Below, piece after piece: positions 47,793 to 61,553 of a stretch of DNA of 64,000 nt. A program made the translations under genes and the position numbers. The stretch lies in contig OX638166.1 of NCBI GenBank assembly GCA_951804945.1, positions 11,532,001 to 11,596,000 of the forward strand. The letters run 5' to 3'. Numbering within the stretch: position 1 is the first letter of the stretch; every line of letters starts with the position of its first letter. Below the pieces are notes generated by a model. The model was given only the letters and a program-made list of their open reading frames with translations, made no database searches and was not told the DNA's origin. This DNA comes from Podarcis cretensis. Taxonomy: Eukaryota.

Positions 47793-49400
47793 CTGATCCA
47801 ACCCAACGTATGCATAATCCTAAAGATAACAATTTGCAAAAAAAACAACAACCCACAACTACAAAGTGTAATAACCTTCCCACTTTTTATTTAGAAGTTT
47901 GCATGAATAGGAATCTTATTTATGTATCTGTTAAGAGCCACATAACATTTAACCAACTTTAAAATGTTTCTAGGTATGTTTTAAAATACCTAGTAAAATC
48001 ATGATCTCAAGCTTCTAATTTATAGTAATTGCACAATTGCCTGTCTGTAATTGCCATGCAAAAGTTCAAAGAGAACTGAACGTTCTCTTTCAGTTACAGA
48101 TCTAGAGCAAAGATCGTGAGCAGTACCTCGCTTCAATCCATGCCAATCTCTCAAAACCACAACTATTTTTCAGAAGACCTGGCAGCTGGTTCTGTATTTC
48201 TACAATGACTCTCACACTTAACTGGCAGACACCAGCTCACAGCCTTCACAAGGGCAGTACTGCCACGGATCACTTACTACAAATCAAGGTACTCAAAATA
48301 GTGCTTACAGCAACACTGTAACGTAGACCACACAATTCGGCGGAGAGCAGGGAGCACCGAGGCTGAGAAAATATAGCAACTTGCTATGCAGTGAGCTTGT
48401 ACCAAGAATGCACCATGCATCTTCGTCTTTCAGACTACCTGGATGAACAACAGTAATAAGGACACCCCCCCCCCAACATTGCCAGCCCTAGTAAATTACT
48501 GATAAGTGAAATATGAATGTGCATCAGTGACAATGCAACAGAACTGCTTTCCTAACAAAAATCACACCCACACTTTCAGCCAACAGTCCTCCAACTAAAT
48601 GGCAGGCCTCAATCAACATACAAGGACTCCATTTATCAGCAATAAAACTACCTCTCTTTGGATTTCCAGAACGCTGACCCAATTTCTAACGTCGTTCTAT
48701 GACCATGCGCCCTTGAACTTCAGCCGAGGTATTTTCTGTCTCCCCAATCCCCACAAACACTTTTACTTCCCCAACAGATTTAGATTGCCAATAGAAATAG
48801 GACAGAACCACTGAAAGCTATGCCACTGGAGGGTAGAAGGATAAAGATAAAAATGGCTCATTCTAATTTTAATTGATGGAACAGACTACTTTCCTAAGAT
48901 GTTTTCAGCATTATTCAGGCGCTAACGTTTCCGCGTCCAAATTTAAAAGGCTGTTTCTTTTGGTATCATCTAGAAATGTTAAGGTGAACTTAAAGGGGTT
49001 TGCTTTCTCATCAAAATGTTATAAGCTTTCTTATAATGAAGGCGTAAATAATGTTTGTATCAAACAACAATATACAACATCACAGTATTTCAATTTTGTA
49101 ATTAACTGCTCTGGAGCAGTGTTTACTTAATTGGATTCCTTTACAAGAGCACCCCCCCCAAAAAAAGTTGCAGGGCCAGGCTGGGCTCTGACGGTTGATT
49201 GGGGCAGCCCTGAAGGAGCCTGGCAACCTTGTGCAGTTTCCGGTGCTCCTTTTGATGCTTTCTTTTCAGAATGGTTAATTGCTTCCATTTTTCAAAGGCC
49301 ACAAAAGACACCTGAAATAACCCAAGGGAATCAAAACAGCAGCAAAAGTGTGGAAAAACACCACATTGTGCCTTTTGGATTTTATTGTGCTGATGATATA

Positions 49401-49625
49401 CAGTGGTACCTCTGGTTACGTACTTAATTCATTCCGGAGGTCCGTTCTTAATCTGAAACTGTTCTTAACCTGAAGACCACTTTAGCTAATGGGGCCTCCC
49501 ACTGCCGCCGTGCTGCCGCTGTGCGATTTCTGTTCTCATCCTGAAGCAAAGTTCTTAACCCAAGGTACTATTTCTGGGTTAGCGGAGTCTGTAACCTGAA
49601 GTGTATGTAACCTGAGGTACCACTG
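49401..49625 (-). mobile_element. Tc1/mariner-type MITE, family A copy 2 (inverted)
   Basis: TA|cagtggtacctc...gaggtaccactg|TA; reverse complement of copies 1 and 3. Confidence 0.92.
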
Positions 49626-51108
49626 TACACAATTTATTTTCAGCATTACAACGGGGGTGGGGGTGGCGCCTAGATATTCCATTGTGGCGACTGTAACTCA
49701 GGCTTAAAGTGTCATTTGGCGACTGTATCAGAGTTTCTAACACTGATTTACAATTCATAAAGTGGGAATGGCCCAGTTTACACCACTTACACACCTTTCC
49801 AGTGCAAGTTCAAGAACCTGATCACTTGTTGCAAGGAAGTTCAAGAGACTCCAGTACCCAAACTACACCAGTCCATGAAGGTGCAAATCCTCTTCTGTTT
49901 GAGGGATCAATTTTAAATTGGCAGATTGAGCTAAAGTGTCATTTGTCCAATCGTTCTCGCTTTTTTCGCTGTATTTTCCATAGGCCACTTGAAAATTGCT
50001 GAGGTTCTTTGTGGATCTCGTAATAAACCAGGCTAGACTGCTAAGATGAGTCACTTAACTGGCAGGTGTTTAGGGAGAAATCAGTAATCACCAGCAACAT
50101 ACTATGAAGGTCAAGGGCCCCACGCCAGGGCCTTGTTATCTAATTCAATAATCTGGCACTGGTCAAAACAGCCTCAATCTCCACCATCAGAAAAAAAATT
50201 AATCAAGCACAGGGCCAAGGTCAAATATTCTTGACTCTTCTGCAGCCTTTCTGTGACCACATGAACAAAGATCGTAGACCACAATTTGAGAATTTCTACT
50301 AATTAAACAATGGTAGTCAAATTGTAATAGATGTGGCTGAGAGGGAAGGCTACACTCCTTTATTGGTTGAGACAACTATGGTTGCAATATGCTACTACAG
50401 TAGAGATTGAAAAACTATTTTTAGAAGCAAATGTGATTTTTAATAGTACATGGTAGTTTGGGGTTAATAAATTTGTATGTTAAACTTATTACAGTATCTA
50501 TTAAAATACCTATAAATGATATTTTGGCAATATTAATTTAAGTCAATTAGTTAAAATACATTCATATCAGTGTTCGTAAATGGACACATATGTCTCTCAA
50601 CAAATTTTTAAAAAAGCTCAACCATTTTTTTGAGGTGTCCTGGTTTTTACTTTTTGAAATGTGGCAAGCCTAGTTATAGGGAAATTTATTTCACACTGAC
50701 TCAAAAGCATCACATGACACTGCATTAATTAAGCCATCAGGATATGCAACGGTCCCTCCCCCCTTCAACTTCCAGAAGATGAATAAGCAATAAAGGGAGA
50801 AAAAATACGTTCTTCAGTCCTAATAAGAGAAATGTTTGATTTGGATGTGCCTTTATGTACAGTAATAGACCACATCTTGGAATTCCACATTTGTTCATGG
50901 CAGTTTTCAGAATACAATATAAAAATAAAAAACATCTGCACTTCTCAAAAATAAACCCATGATGACAAGTTCAAGGTACAGGAAATACATCCATGTTCTC
51001 ATCATTGCCAACAGCTATCATTTTGCGGTTTTCAGGACTTTTGAATTCAGATAGTGATTTTTTCCGACTGTGGCCCCCTTCCAACCTTGTTTCCTTCCTG
51101 TGGCCCCC

Positions 51109-51239
51109 CATGGGTGTAGCCAAGGGGGGCAATTGCCCCCCATAAGTAAAAAGCAATACAAATCAATACAAATCTGAGGTTAGGTTCTGTCCCCCAACAT
51201 AAGCCTGCCCCCCTAACAAAAATTCTGGCTACACCCATG
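51109..51239. mobile_element. Small MITE (unclassified) with 14-bp TIR
   Basis: catgggtgtagcca ... tggctacacccatg; no clear TSD. Confidence 0.7.
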
Positions 51240-53199
51240 TCCCCTTCCATCCTACCGGTAGAAAGGTTTATACCTATTTAAATGTTTTGTTTGTAAATAG
51301 AACATGTTTTATTTATATTTTTTATAATTTATACAATGTAATTTATTTATATTTTTTATAATTTATACAAAATACAATTACATAAAATGATAGGAACATA
51401 ATGAAATAGTTAAAGCGGAAAAACATGGAATCATCTTTCTAGTGCAACCCCTGTAATGTAAGAAACTCTGCTAAAGCATCCATGACAGATGGCCATCCAA
51501 CCTCTGCTTAGAAACCTCCAAGAAAGGAGAGTTCAGAACCTCCCCAAGGAGATCCATCTTCCATGTATTATAAAAAGTAAACAACATTTATTTGAGCACA
51601 GTTATTTGACACAGAGGGGGAAACCTACAGATACAATCCAAAAGGCACACAGGGAGTTCTGTATATATGGGAAAATTTTAAAAAGCAAGTGGTCCTCACT
51701 GACCTGGTGCAAAAAAATCTTGTCATCCGGAGGAGTCCTGGCTGCCTAGAGAAAACTCTATAGCCCCACACACCTTTACCTGGGAGTAAGGCCCACTGAA
51801 CTCAGTGAGGCTTTCTTCTGAGTAGACACTTAGGTATTAACTAGATGCAAGTCAGCAGCACCAGACGACCCCATTAAGCTAGGCACTGAATGGGGTGGAT
51901 TTCACCCTGTGCCTTGAAGAGCCAGGCGGAAGCTGTCAACAGGCCGTGTCCCTTGGCAACACCTGAAAGCCCTGATCTGCCAGGCGCTGGGGTGGATTGC
52001 ACCTTGCAGAGTCAGGCCTACACTGGTGGCAGCAACAAGCAGCTCAGACTCGCCTGGCCCTACCAATTGCCACCCCACCACCACACATACCTGACCTAGG
52101 GGTTCTGGACCGCACATTCTACTGGTCAAAATGGGAGGCTTTGCAATCACTCTCTCCCTCCAGAAACAAACCAGAACTCCTCTAAGAAAACGCATGTGGC
52201 AAAAAGGAGCATTAGGCCCTGATGGGCTGCCTCCTTACCCACTTGTAATTGGCCAAGCGGATTGCCAGTCAATCAGATTTTTTAAAAAAGAAATGATTCC
52301 CCCCCCTTCACCTCTTACCTCCCTCGGCGATCCTCTAACCTCATGCTGTGGCCCCCATTTACGCGATTTTCACCTGTGGCCCCTCTTGGAATATCCAGGG
52401 GGCCCCACGGCCCCTGGTTTGGAAATACTGGTGTAGGGTGCAATTTAGCTAAATTTTTCAAATAGTTTGGAATAAGTTTACAGTTAAGCATAAAAAAACT
52501 AAGTGCTGATGCTTACCACAATATTTTTGTAAACACTTCATTTCCTTTGACTAGCCAGAGCCCACAGAATGTACAGTATTTTAATGATAAAGGAGATACC
52601 CTCCTGCACAATTAGGAAGTAAAAAGATTTATCACCATTCTTTAAGCATTCTGACATCAAGTTGAGCTGCACAATAAAAAAATAATGCTTTTAGAAAAGC
52701 TAAGTTACCCTGTTTAAGTTTTGAATCATATTAATTTGTATACTTTAGTAATTATTTTATCCAAAGAAAGATTCCAACATTCTCTGTAACATGGGGAAAG
52801 AGGTTATAACTGTAGATACTGGCAGCCTGATATAAAACAACAAACTGGGAATAGTATGCATCTTTTATCACAGCTATTTCCCCAAACCAAAGAACCCCAT
52901 ACTTCAAAATCTAGTTAAAACTGAAAAGAAACTTGGATCTTACGTCATTTATGCCTGTGGGTAGGTGGGGGACAGATTCTAAATGTACAGATTTACAATT
53001 CTGTATTGTTCCAAATATACTAAATACTTCCGCTCTGTTACTCATTATGTTAAAACATTGTAAGTTTGGTTTTGTCTTCATTTTAAATTCACCCAAAGTC
53101 CTAATTTCTCCTTAGCTTTTATTAGTGAGATCATTGGACTTCTACACTAAATGTATCTTTAGTATTAAGTATAATTTCAACTTGTATAGGAGCTGACAT

Positions 53200-53680
53200 T
53201 ATACTTTAGGCCTTACAGATTAACTTTTTACTCCTTAACTACATACTCATTTTATTATAATGTGGCTTCTCTGCCTTCTGCTGTGCTCAAAATTGGTTTT
53301 AGAAAATTTTAAATTATATTGGTACAAGGACTGAAAATTAGTTGCAATTTTTTTAGTAGCAGCAGTAATGTTAATAGCAGAGTAATGAAAAACTAATGAA
53401 TTGTCCTCAGTTCATTGTTGGCTTAATAAGATTAATATTGCATTAGGAACAAAGGACATTTCAATCCATTGTATCTGAAATCATTTCAATGTTTACTAAG
53501 CATTGAGAGGTGACTTATGGGGCAAAAAATTATTTATAACTTTATGGGGGTGTTGTTGTTGTTGCTATGTGATGGAAAAACCATATTACATATTTTATCA
53601 ATGTAGTTTTTTGTAGGTAGGATTCCTGAATGTATGTTTATTGATAATTAAAGTTATCAATAAAAATATGAATTCAAAGA
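53200..53680 (+). mobile_element. Degenerate L1-like 3' fragment
   Basis: AT-rich; remnant VAAVMLIA..K..E..S...W-type motif and terminal AATAAA; boundaries approximate. Confidence 0.4.
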
Positions 53681-54727
53681 GTCTGTTTATGTGAGACTTC
53701 ACAGCCTCCTTCACAAGCACCCAATATAATGTCTTGAAATGTTCATTCCTATAATTAATTCAAGAAGGCGTATCACTGAACAATATCCATGGACTGAAAG
53801 GCTTGCTGGTGTGCCAGAAAAACACTACAAAACAGATTTCAGTTGTTCTAACTAGGGATGAGGGGAAGTCCTAGCGCAGAAACAACAGGCTGATTTGTAT
53901 TGAGTAGGGACCTAACACTTTGCTGCCATGAAGAAAAACAGAGAAGTTGCAAGGTAAAAACAGGAAGGGCAAATAAAATAGTTCTGGCAAAAAACAAACA
54001 CACAGATATGAGTAGCAGAGGAGAAATACAAACAAGCTATGATTCTGAACAGGCTCCAATGAATATAATGTGGTGGAAATAGTTCAATTTTCTCACAATT
54101 CTGACACATTTTATATGCTGAAGTCATATATGCAGCAATTTCCCAAGCATGTTTATTCAGAAGTTAAGTCCAACTAATTTCAGTTGGGCTTCCTGTCTAT
54201 AGCTGTGCAACCTCACTCATTAAAACTACTTTCCAATGCTGAAGACAAGGAAACAATATAATCAAGAGCAATTATCAGCTTTATCCTCAGATAAATACCT
54301 TAGGAGCGACCATCTCTTACTGGTTTCTGACCCAATTTCTTATAGTTCAGCTGGTACAAAAGCAAAAAGAGCTTTCCTGTTGGGCATTTTAACATGCAGG
54401 CTGCAGTACTATGAACACTTATTAGGGAGCAACAATGGGGCTCATTCCAAATATGCACAGGACTTCACTGGGCATGTAATTTACTAGGTGAACTAGACTA
54501 TATTTTTTAAAAAATCAATGAAGATATAGGACTTCACCTTAAAATCCTTACCTATGAATAAGACTGAACAAAAATATTTCTCCCATGGAAGTCTGCTTGA
54601 TTTGCCCATGATCATGGTATCATGCACCAAGGTTTTATGTCCATTTGAACTATGACGACATTCAATTTAAGGGAACTGTATTTCTAAAAAGGCTTCTAAA
54701 TGGCAACCTAGTCTTCCATTCAAAGTA

Positions 54728-54942
54728 CAGTGGTACCTCGGGTTACATATGCTTCAGGTTACAGACTCCGCTAACTCAGAAATATTACCTCAGGTTAAGA
54801 ACTTTACTTCAGGATGAGAACAGAAATCGCGCGGCAGCAGCATGAGGCCCCATTAGCTAAAGTGGTGCTTCAGGTTAAGAACAGTTTCAGGTTAAGAAAG
54901 GACCTTCAGAACGAATTACGTTCTTAACCCGAGGTACCACTG
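54728..54942 (+). mobile_element. Tc1/mariner-type MITE, family A copy 3
   Basis: TA|cagtggtacctcgggtta...taacccgaggtaccactg|TA. Confidence 0.92.
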
Positions 54943-55020
54943 TAGACACAAAAAGTACAACAGGGAAAACTGGGCAACACTGTAGCATTAGTTACCCCAA
55001 CTGATGAAAACACTAACTAT

Positions 55021-55252
55021 GAGTGTGGTGTAGAGAAAGGTTAGAATGTCAGACCTGTGAGACCAGGGTTCAAATCCCACTTGGCCATAAAGCTCACTGA
55101 GTGACCATGGGCCAGTCACTGCCTTTCAACCTAGCCTACCTCACATGGTTTGTGTGGGGATTAACAGAGGAGGGGGAGAAAGCTGGAGAAAATGTTCCTT
55201 GGTGGAAAAGGTTTGGTATAAATGAAATAACAACAACAACAACAACAACAAC
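55021..55252 (+). mobile_element. MIR/CORE-like SINE with (AAC)n tail
   Basis: gtggtgtag...gggttcaaatccc...gtgacc.tgggccagtcact...cctacctcaca; a similar older copy lies on - at about 60610-60790. Confidence 0.7.
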
Positions 55253-58093
55253 TATTCACTATAGCAGCTACAGCTGTGATGGATCAGGCTGATGGAAACT
55301 GTAGCATCTAGAATGCACAAAGTTGGGGAATGAGAAAACCACAATACACAGTTACCTTATTCTAACTCTAGTCATGGCTATGTGTGACTAGCTGTGTTGG
55401 AATGTCCATGCAAATGAAAATGATCTAGCCAAGATACATATTAGCATTTATATACACACCTGAGAGCTTAAATCAAACACATATCCAAAAGCAGATGTAA
55501 TTTCAATGCACTGCACTTCTCTGAACTAGATGTGCACTCAGATACGTATTGCAAACCACATTCTAGCAGAGCCAATGACACATATTTCCACAAGGGATAT
55601 TAACTTCAGTGAGACTTCCAATATACTCTTATGTACATAAAACCATTTATGGCAAAATAAAGGAGGGGAATATTGCTTTGTTTCCATTTTGCAACCATGA
55701 CAATCAAAGGCGTGTACCAACATATGGCAAGACATACTCAATTTTCTCAACTGAGCAGGAGAACAGCAATCTGAGGGTGAGGGATTTATTAGCAAACACC
55801 TTGTCATTGTCAAGATTACTTCCTGTCGAGGTTTAGATTATTGGTGGCTTCTCCTCCATGCAAGGATGGTGGCCTTATTAGAATGATACACACACAGGGA
55901 GACTAATAGACTCTCCATTACTGGGGACCCTAGGGGGCTTTCCAGCTGGCATGGCTAACAGTCCTGTCAAATTACTGGCTACTCTGCAGAATGGAGACAC
56001 AACACCAGGTGGCTGATGCAACTCTTCTCCAGCTCCCTCTCCAGCTTCACAAGAGTCTGCTCCAATCTTTGGTATACATCAGAGCTTCAGAGTGCTAGAA
56101 CCCAGGTGGCAAAAAACCCACAGCAATTCTGATAAAACACAGCTCATTATGCCACCTTCCTCTTGTGGCAGTGATTACGGCAAATAAATATTTCTTCACC
56201 ACCCCAACATCTACAAAGTGCTGTTCAACAGACCTTTTCTGGATGGTTCTGTCTGCCCAGGTGGGGCCGGTGAAATTGGGAGAATAAAACTGCTTGCATC
56301 CACAACAACCAGGATACTACCATTGGACACCACTGATACTACCACTATCCTATTTTGATGTGTGGTTATTGTTTATTGAGGCTAACAAAGTAGACAACGT
56401 GCTTTACCCCTTTTAGGACTTCAATTAAGATGCACAATTCTGCACAAAAACTGGTCTACACTGGAAAACTATTTCCAAACTGAATTAGACAGACAGACAG
56501 AAAACTATTATACACTCAGGTTGCCCAATTAATGGAGTGCATACACTCTTGAATTAGTAAAATGACAGAAACACACCATAACAAACAACTGCAGTACTTT
56601 TTCAGTTTGCATCTGCCCTGCACGAATTCAAAACATTTAATGAATACAAATGCATCTCAAAGATATGAAAATTTCCCTAATAGTTATGATTGTCTTTAAC
56701 TTCAAATAACGGAAAACAATGTGGGGAATACTTTCATGAGGTTGTTTAAAAGTGTTTTAACCCTTTAAACAAACAGAAACTAAAGACAACTCTGATTTCA
56801 TTTACCAACACTCGAAAATTGGTCCCCAATTCCCACTGGACATCTATCAATCTGGCTCTGCTTCCTCATTCTGCTCAGTCATATGATTTGATACCCCCCC
56901 TTTGAAGAACAGCTTGCCTGTTTGTACCTGTCTTCATGCAATTTCCCACCTTCACAACAGGAATGGAAGCCAGGGAACTGAAACCATTAGACTAGAATGC
57001 ATTCTTGAGACCAGGGACACCTAAAGCCAAAATAATAGCATATTTGCCACTTAATTATTCCACATAAGCTTCCCTCTCCTTCCTCTGTTGTCTCCCTCAC
57101 GTCCATTTTTAGAGCAGCGTTAGAAACTGAGATATGAAAGCTAGGAGCTAAATGGCACCTTAAAACTAGATTATAGGCGCCGCAATGGAATGACTAGGCA
57201 CGCTTTTTTAAAAATAATAATATCAAGCTGAAAATGAACTGCAGCAAAAATCTTATTTTCATTTTTTGAATGGTCTAGTCCTCATCTGAAGACTGCAAAA
57301 AACAAAACCCTACTTCCCCTGCCCACCCCCATAATATTCTCATGAGGGTCCCTTCTTCAGTCCTCATACAGTGGCTGGAAGTGGGTAGCAAAAAAGCTTC
57401 TCCTTTCGTTCCAGCAGTGGCACTTTTAAACTGAAATCTTAGGCCCAGTACTGCTCCCAGAGCTCAGAAACTGCTTGCATTAATGAAATTCCCTGTCACA
57501 AAACAGGGAACAATGGGAATTTCAAACACTGTTCTAGGGTGTAAGCCCCTTGGGGAAAGGGCCTGTCCTCTCATTCTGTGTAAAACATCTTGTACTGTAC
57601 ATGGATGACGTAGTAGCAGCAATAATACTACAACAATGAAGTTCTTCACTACCATTGGCTATGGACCATAGACAGGAAGGTGATCTCTTCTATGCAATCT
57701 TCCTTTCATAAAAAGCTTGAACTGATTACAGAACACCAAGCAACCAGAAAATGGAACAGGAGCGCTATGGAAATAAAAGATGCTGCTACTGACCAGCTGA
57801 CATGAGAAGCGTGATTAGGACTCTGCCACCAGATTTTAAATTTGCCATCACTAAGAAATGCAGCTTCAATACAATTAACTGTATCATGTACATACTAAAT
57901 GCTCTTAGAAACCATAGTTGCAAAACAAATGTTTAATCTGTGTCATTACAAAATATATACATCTTGCTTCTAAAGTATATAAACAGTGCCAAATTTAGTT
58001 ACTTAAATTTGTTAGTCTTTAAGGTGCTACAAATTCTTTCTGCTACAAAGAGGTTACTCCTCTGGGGGGGGGAAATACTAGAATAGGTTAATA

Positions 58094-58280
58094 CAGTGGT
58101 ACCTCCGGTTGCGGACGGGATCCATTCCAGAGGTCCAGGTGGATCCCGAAGTTTCTGCAACCTAAGGACCACTTCTGCACATGCACGCGTGGCAAAACCT
58201 GGTAAAATACTTTCTGGTTTGCTGTGCACGCATCCCAATGTTTACGTAACCAGAGGGTTATGTAAACGGAGGTTTGACTG
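58094..58280. mobile_element. Tc1/mariner-type MITE
   Basis: TA|cagtggtacctccg...cggaggtttgactg|TA; imperfect TIRs. Confidence 0.8.
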
Positions 58281-58474
58281 TATTTCAATTTAAAATTTAC
58301 CTAATGTTAAGAGGACCTCTGAGTGTTTTTAGTAACAGTGCTTTTGGCCAATGACTGGAGTCAGAGCTGTGTTTCATATGTGAGTTGTTTGGACACCAGG
58401 GAGCTCGTAAGAGCTGGTCAATGGTTAAGGCTTATGAGAGCTACTGTAATCCAACAATATTTGACAGCCTAGGC

Positions 58475-59226
58475 CAGTGGTGGCGAACCTATGGTACATG
58501 TGCCAGAGGGGGCATTCAGAGCCCTCTCTGTGGGCACACGCACCGTCACCCCAGCAGGGCCATAGCTAGGGGGGTGAAACTGGCACTCCAGCACTGCTGG
58601 AGGCTCTTGGCCGGTTCCAGCATGGTCCCAGCACTGCTAGGGCACCATTTTCACCCTCGGGGCTGCACCGGGGGTGGGGTGTGGGGAGGAGGACTCATGC
58701 TGGGAAACTGCTGCTCCATCCAAAACCTGTGCCACCGCTACTCAAGTCACCGATAAAGCCCATCTGCCACCGCAACCAAACCTGACGGCCGCCTCTGGGC
58801 TAGCTCCACCTCTCCGCCATCAAGTTTGGTTGTGCCTGACCCGCCTTCCTGTTCTGCTCTCGGGTGGTAACCCTGGTGAGCAGTTGAGCAGGTGTCAACT
58901 TCTGAAGTGCCAGTCTGTTGTTTCTACTTGGGAGGAAGCCGCCTTGAGTTCAGCAAGGTTAGACAAATTATCGGCATGCATACAACAGCAAAAATCACAT
59001 TATTTGTTCAAAAGCATGCCAAATGCAAACTTTTGCCTTTCAAAAAAAGTTTGTACCATTGAAAGCTCTGTTATTGCGTTTTCCTTTTAAGACAAAAGAT
59101 GTTAATGTATAAATTGTTTTTTCTACACTAAAACCTCAGTATTCAGGTTAAATTGCTGTGTTGGCACTTTGCGATAAATAAGTGTGTTTGGGGTTGAATT
59201 TTGGGCACTCGGTCTCTAAAAGGTTC
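58475..59226. mobile_element. hAT-type non-autonomous DNA transposon
   Basis: Left TIR cagtggtggcgaacct, partial right TIR aggttc(gcc); 8-bp TSD GCCTAGGC at 58467-58474 and 59227-59234. Confidence 0.8.
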
Positions 59227-61316
59227 GCCTAGGCTTCGGTTTATGGTTGACATTGGGGGGGGGGACACACAGGATTCTTGTGCCTTTAATATGGCATACA
59301 GAAATTCAACAGGTTAAGCCTTTTCTAGCATGAAAATACAATTATGGGAAAGCTTAACTTCAGTTCCACAATAAAAATAGTTTTCGATTCCAATTCTTTA
59401 AATAAAAGTATTGAAGGAAATTTTTACTGGTTTTCAGGTAATTACTTGATCACTGTCTTCTTTTTCCTTCTTTTCTTTATATTGATAAAACACACATGCA
59501 TGTCACTTAGGCTTAAGCTGGAACAAGACTAAGCAAGTATCAAGCTCTCACACTTCCCCTCTCCCTTGTCTCCTCCCATGCAACTGTGAAGACGATTTCA
59601 GCAGCATTTAGTTTTGCTTTTCCTGAACCTCAGCTAAAGGAGCTGCAAACTAAAAGGCAGCATTTCCAGTGCTGGAGTGAGTGAAAATGCTGCCCATTAC
59701 ACTTAAAGAGCAGGCAGGGGCTTTATCTCCCAACTCTGCTATCTCCTGAGATGAAACAATAAAGTATGCTGCCCTTAAAAGATCACACCAGGAATTGGAG
59801 ATAAAGCTGTGGAGATGGGTGGGCCAGATCCAGCACACAGGCCATATGCTTCCTTGTTTTACTTACGGTAATTTAGTACCTTTTCCTCAAATAGTTTGAA
59901 CTCCTCGTCAATTTAATGTATTGGAATAAATTCAAGAGACTACATGACACCTTTTTCAAAAACTGATGCCTATGAATACTTTGCACCAGATCACAAGTCT
60001 CATTTCCTAAAGACAAAACACCCATTCCAATTCATCCTGCATTTAGACTTACGAATCGTCAAGCACTGACCGCATTACACCACCCACACACTGTTTGTAA
60101 ACACACTCATTGTATTCTCACCAGCTCCCATAATCATAAACCATACAAGCCACTGTATTTTCATATTAGTACACAGATTGGGCCATCAAACTTTTTGTAC
60201 CAAGTCTCCTAGGGAATGCCTGAAATCCTCTCTATCCAGATTTTGTAATCTCCAAAATAGTACAGAGCAGTCTAGCCCAGAAGCCTGCAAAGTTCGTGGA
60301 TTTTGTAAGTTATAAGCTGTTCCTGCACTTAGAATTTTCTTTCATCTGTTTTCAAAGAAAAACCCCTTCTGCCATATACCTCCATCCTCTCTTGAAATCA
60401 GACATTTTAAAAACAGGTTGGACACCATTTACTCGATCATAAACTACCAAATTGACAGGTTTAGAAAAATGAGTAAGTTTTAACAAATAATTATACTTCT
60501 TCACATCTACAATGTATAGGAGATCTCAGACAACAAGATGTTCAAAAACTGTGGCTCTGTCAATTTAATTCTGTTCTTCAGAATTAAAGTTGTATCCTAT
60601 CTTTCTGCCAAAGAGCTCAAGACAGGGTAGGGTCCCCTCTCCTTACTCCTCCTAACAACCCTCTGGGATAGAATCAACTGACACACAGTGACTTGGCCAA
60701 AGTCATCAGTATGCTTTGTGACTCACTAGGGATTTGACCAAGATCTTTCAGGTGCAAGCCTAACGCCCAGGCCAGTACATCACTGTCACTCAAGAACTGC
60801 AGTTCCTGACACGCAAGACAACTGGTCCAAACATGACAGTTCTGAACTGCTGAAGAGCTGCATTTTGAGAGCGAGGAAAGATCAGGTAAGAATCTATATT
60901 ATTAGTCAAATAATAAATAAAAATATGAATATGAGCAAAATGTTCAAAATGAAGCAGGATGCAGAAAAGACTACGCTCTTCAATCCAGATTTGATTATTT
61001 CCATGGCTAATGTTCATCAGCAGGTGTCTGACATCCTGACATTTTGACAAGAGGGAACTCTAATTAACCTTAACAATAGTAAGTATCTGCACCAATGTAG
61101 TATGTTGGTGGGGGGTAAGCAGAGATAGAGGACAGGCAACCTCATGTCCCACTAATGATCTCATAACTATCAGACCATCTTGGCTGTGAGTCCTGGAATA
61201 CCAGCTCCCTGCCTTGCAGGCCGTTTCCCACCTGCCCTGGAAGGGCAAGGCCAATGACTCCAGCTACAAAGGCTAATGCTTCTGAACAGACGCTTGGACT
61301 GGGGTACCGTTTAGGT

Positions 61317-61553
61317 CATGGGGAGGCAACTTAAGGCCCAGGGGCCGGATCTGGCCCAATCGCCTTCTCAATCCGGCCCGTGGACAGTCCAGGAAAAATG
61401 AGTAGAATGTGTCCTTTTATTTAAAATGCATCTCTGGGTTATTTGTGGGGCACAGGAATTTGTTCATTTCTTTTTTCAAAATATAGTCCGGCCCCCCACA
61501 AGGTGTGAGGGACAGTGGACCAGCCCCCTGCTGAAAAAGTTTGCTGACCCCTG
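61317..61553. mobile_element. hAT (Charlie-like) MITE
   Basis: Perfect 8-bp TSD GTTTAGGT (61309-61316, 61554-61561); imperfect TIRs catggggaggcaa / ttgctgacccctg; repeated ggccc motifs. Confidence 0.88.

Noticed and set aside
51309-51370. Tandem 28-bp AT-rich duplication
   Set aside because: Low-complexity slippage, probably in a decayed retroelement tail; no sign of function.
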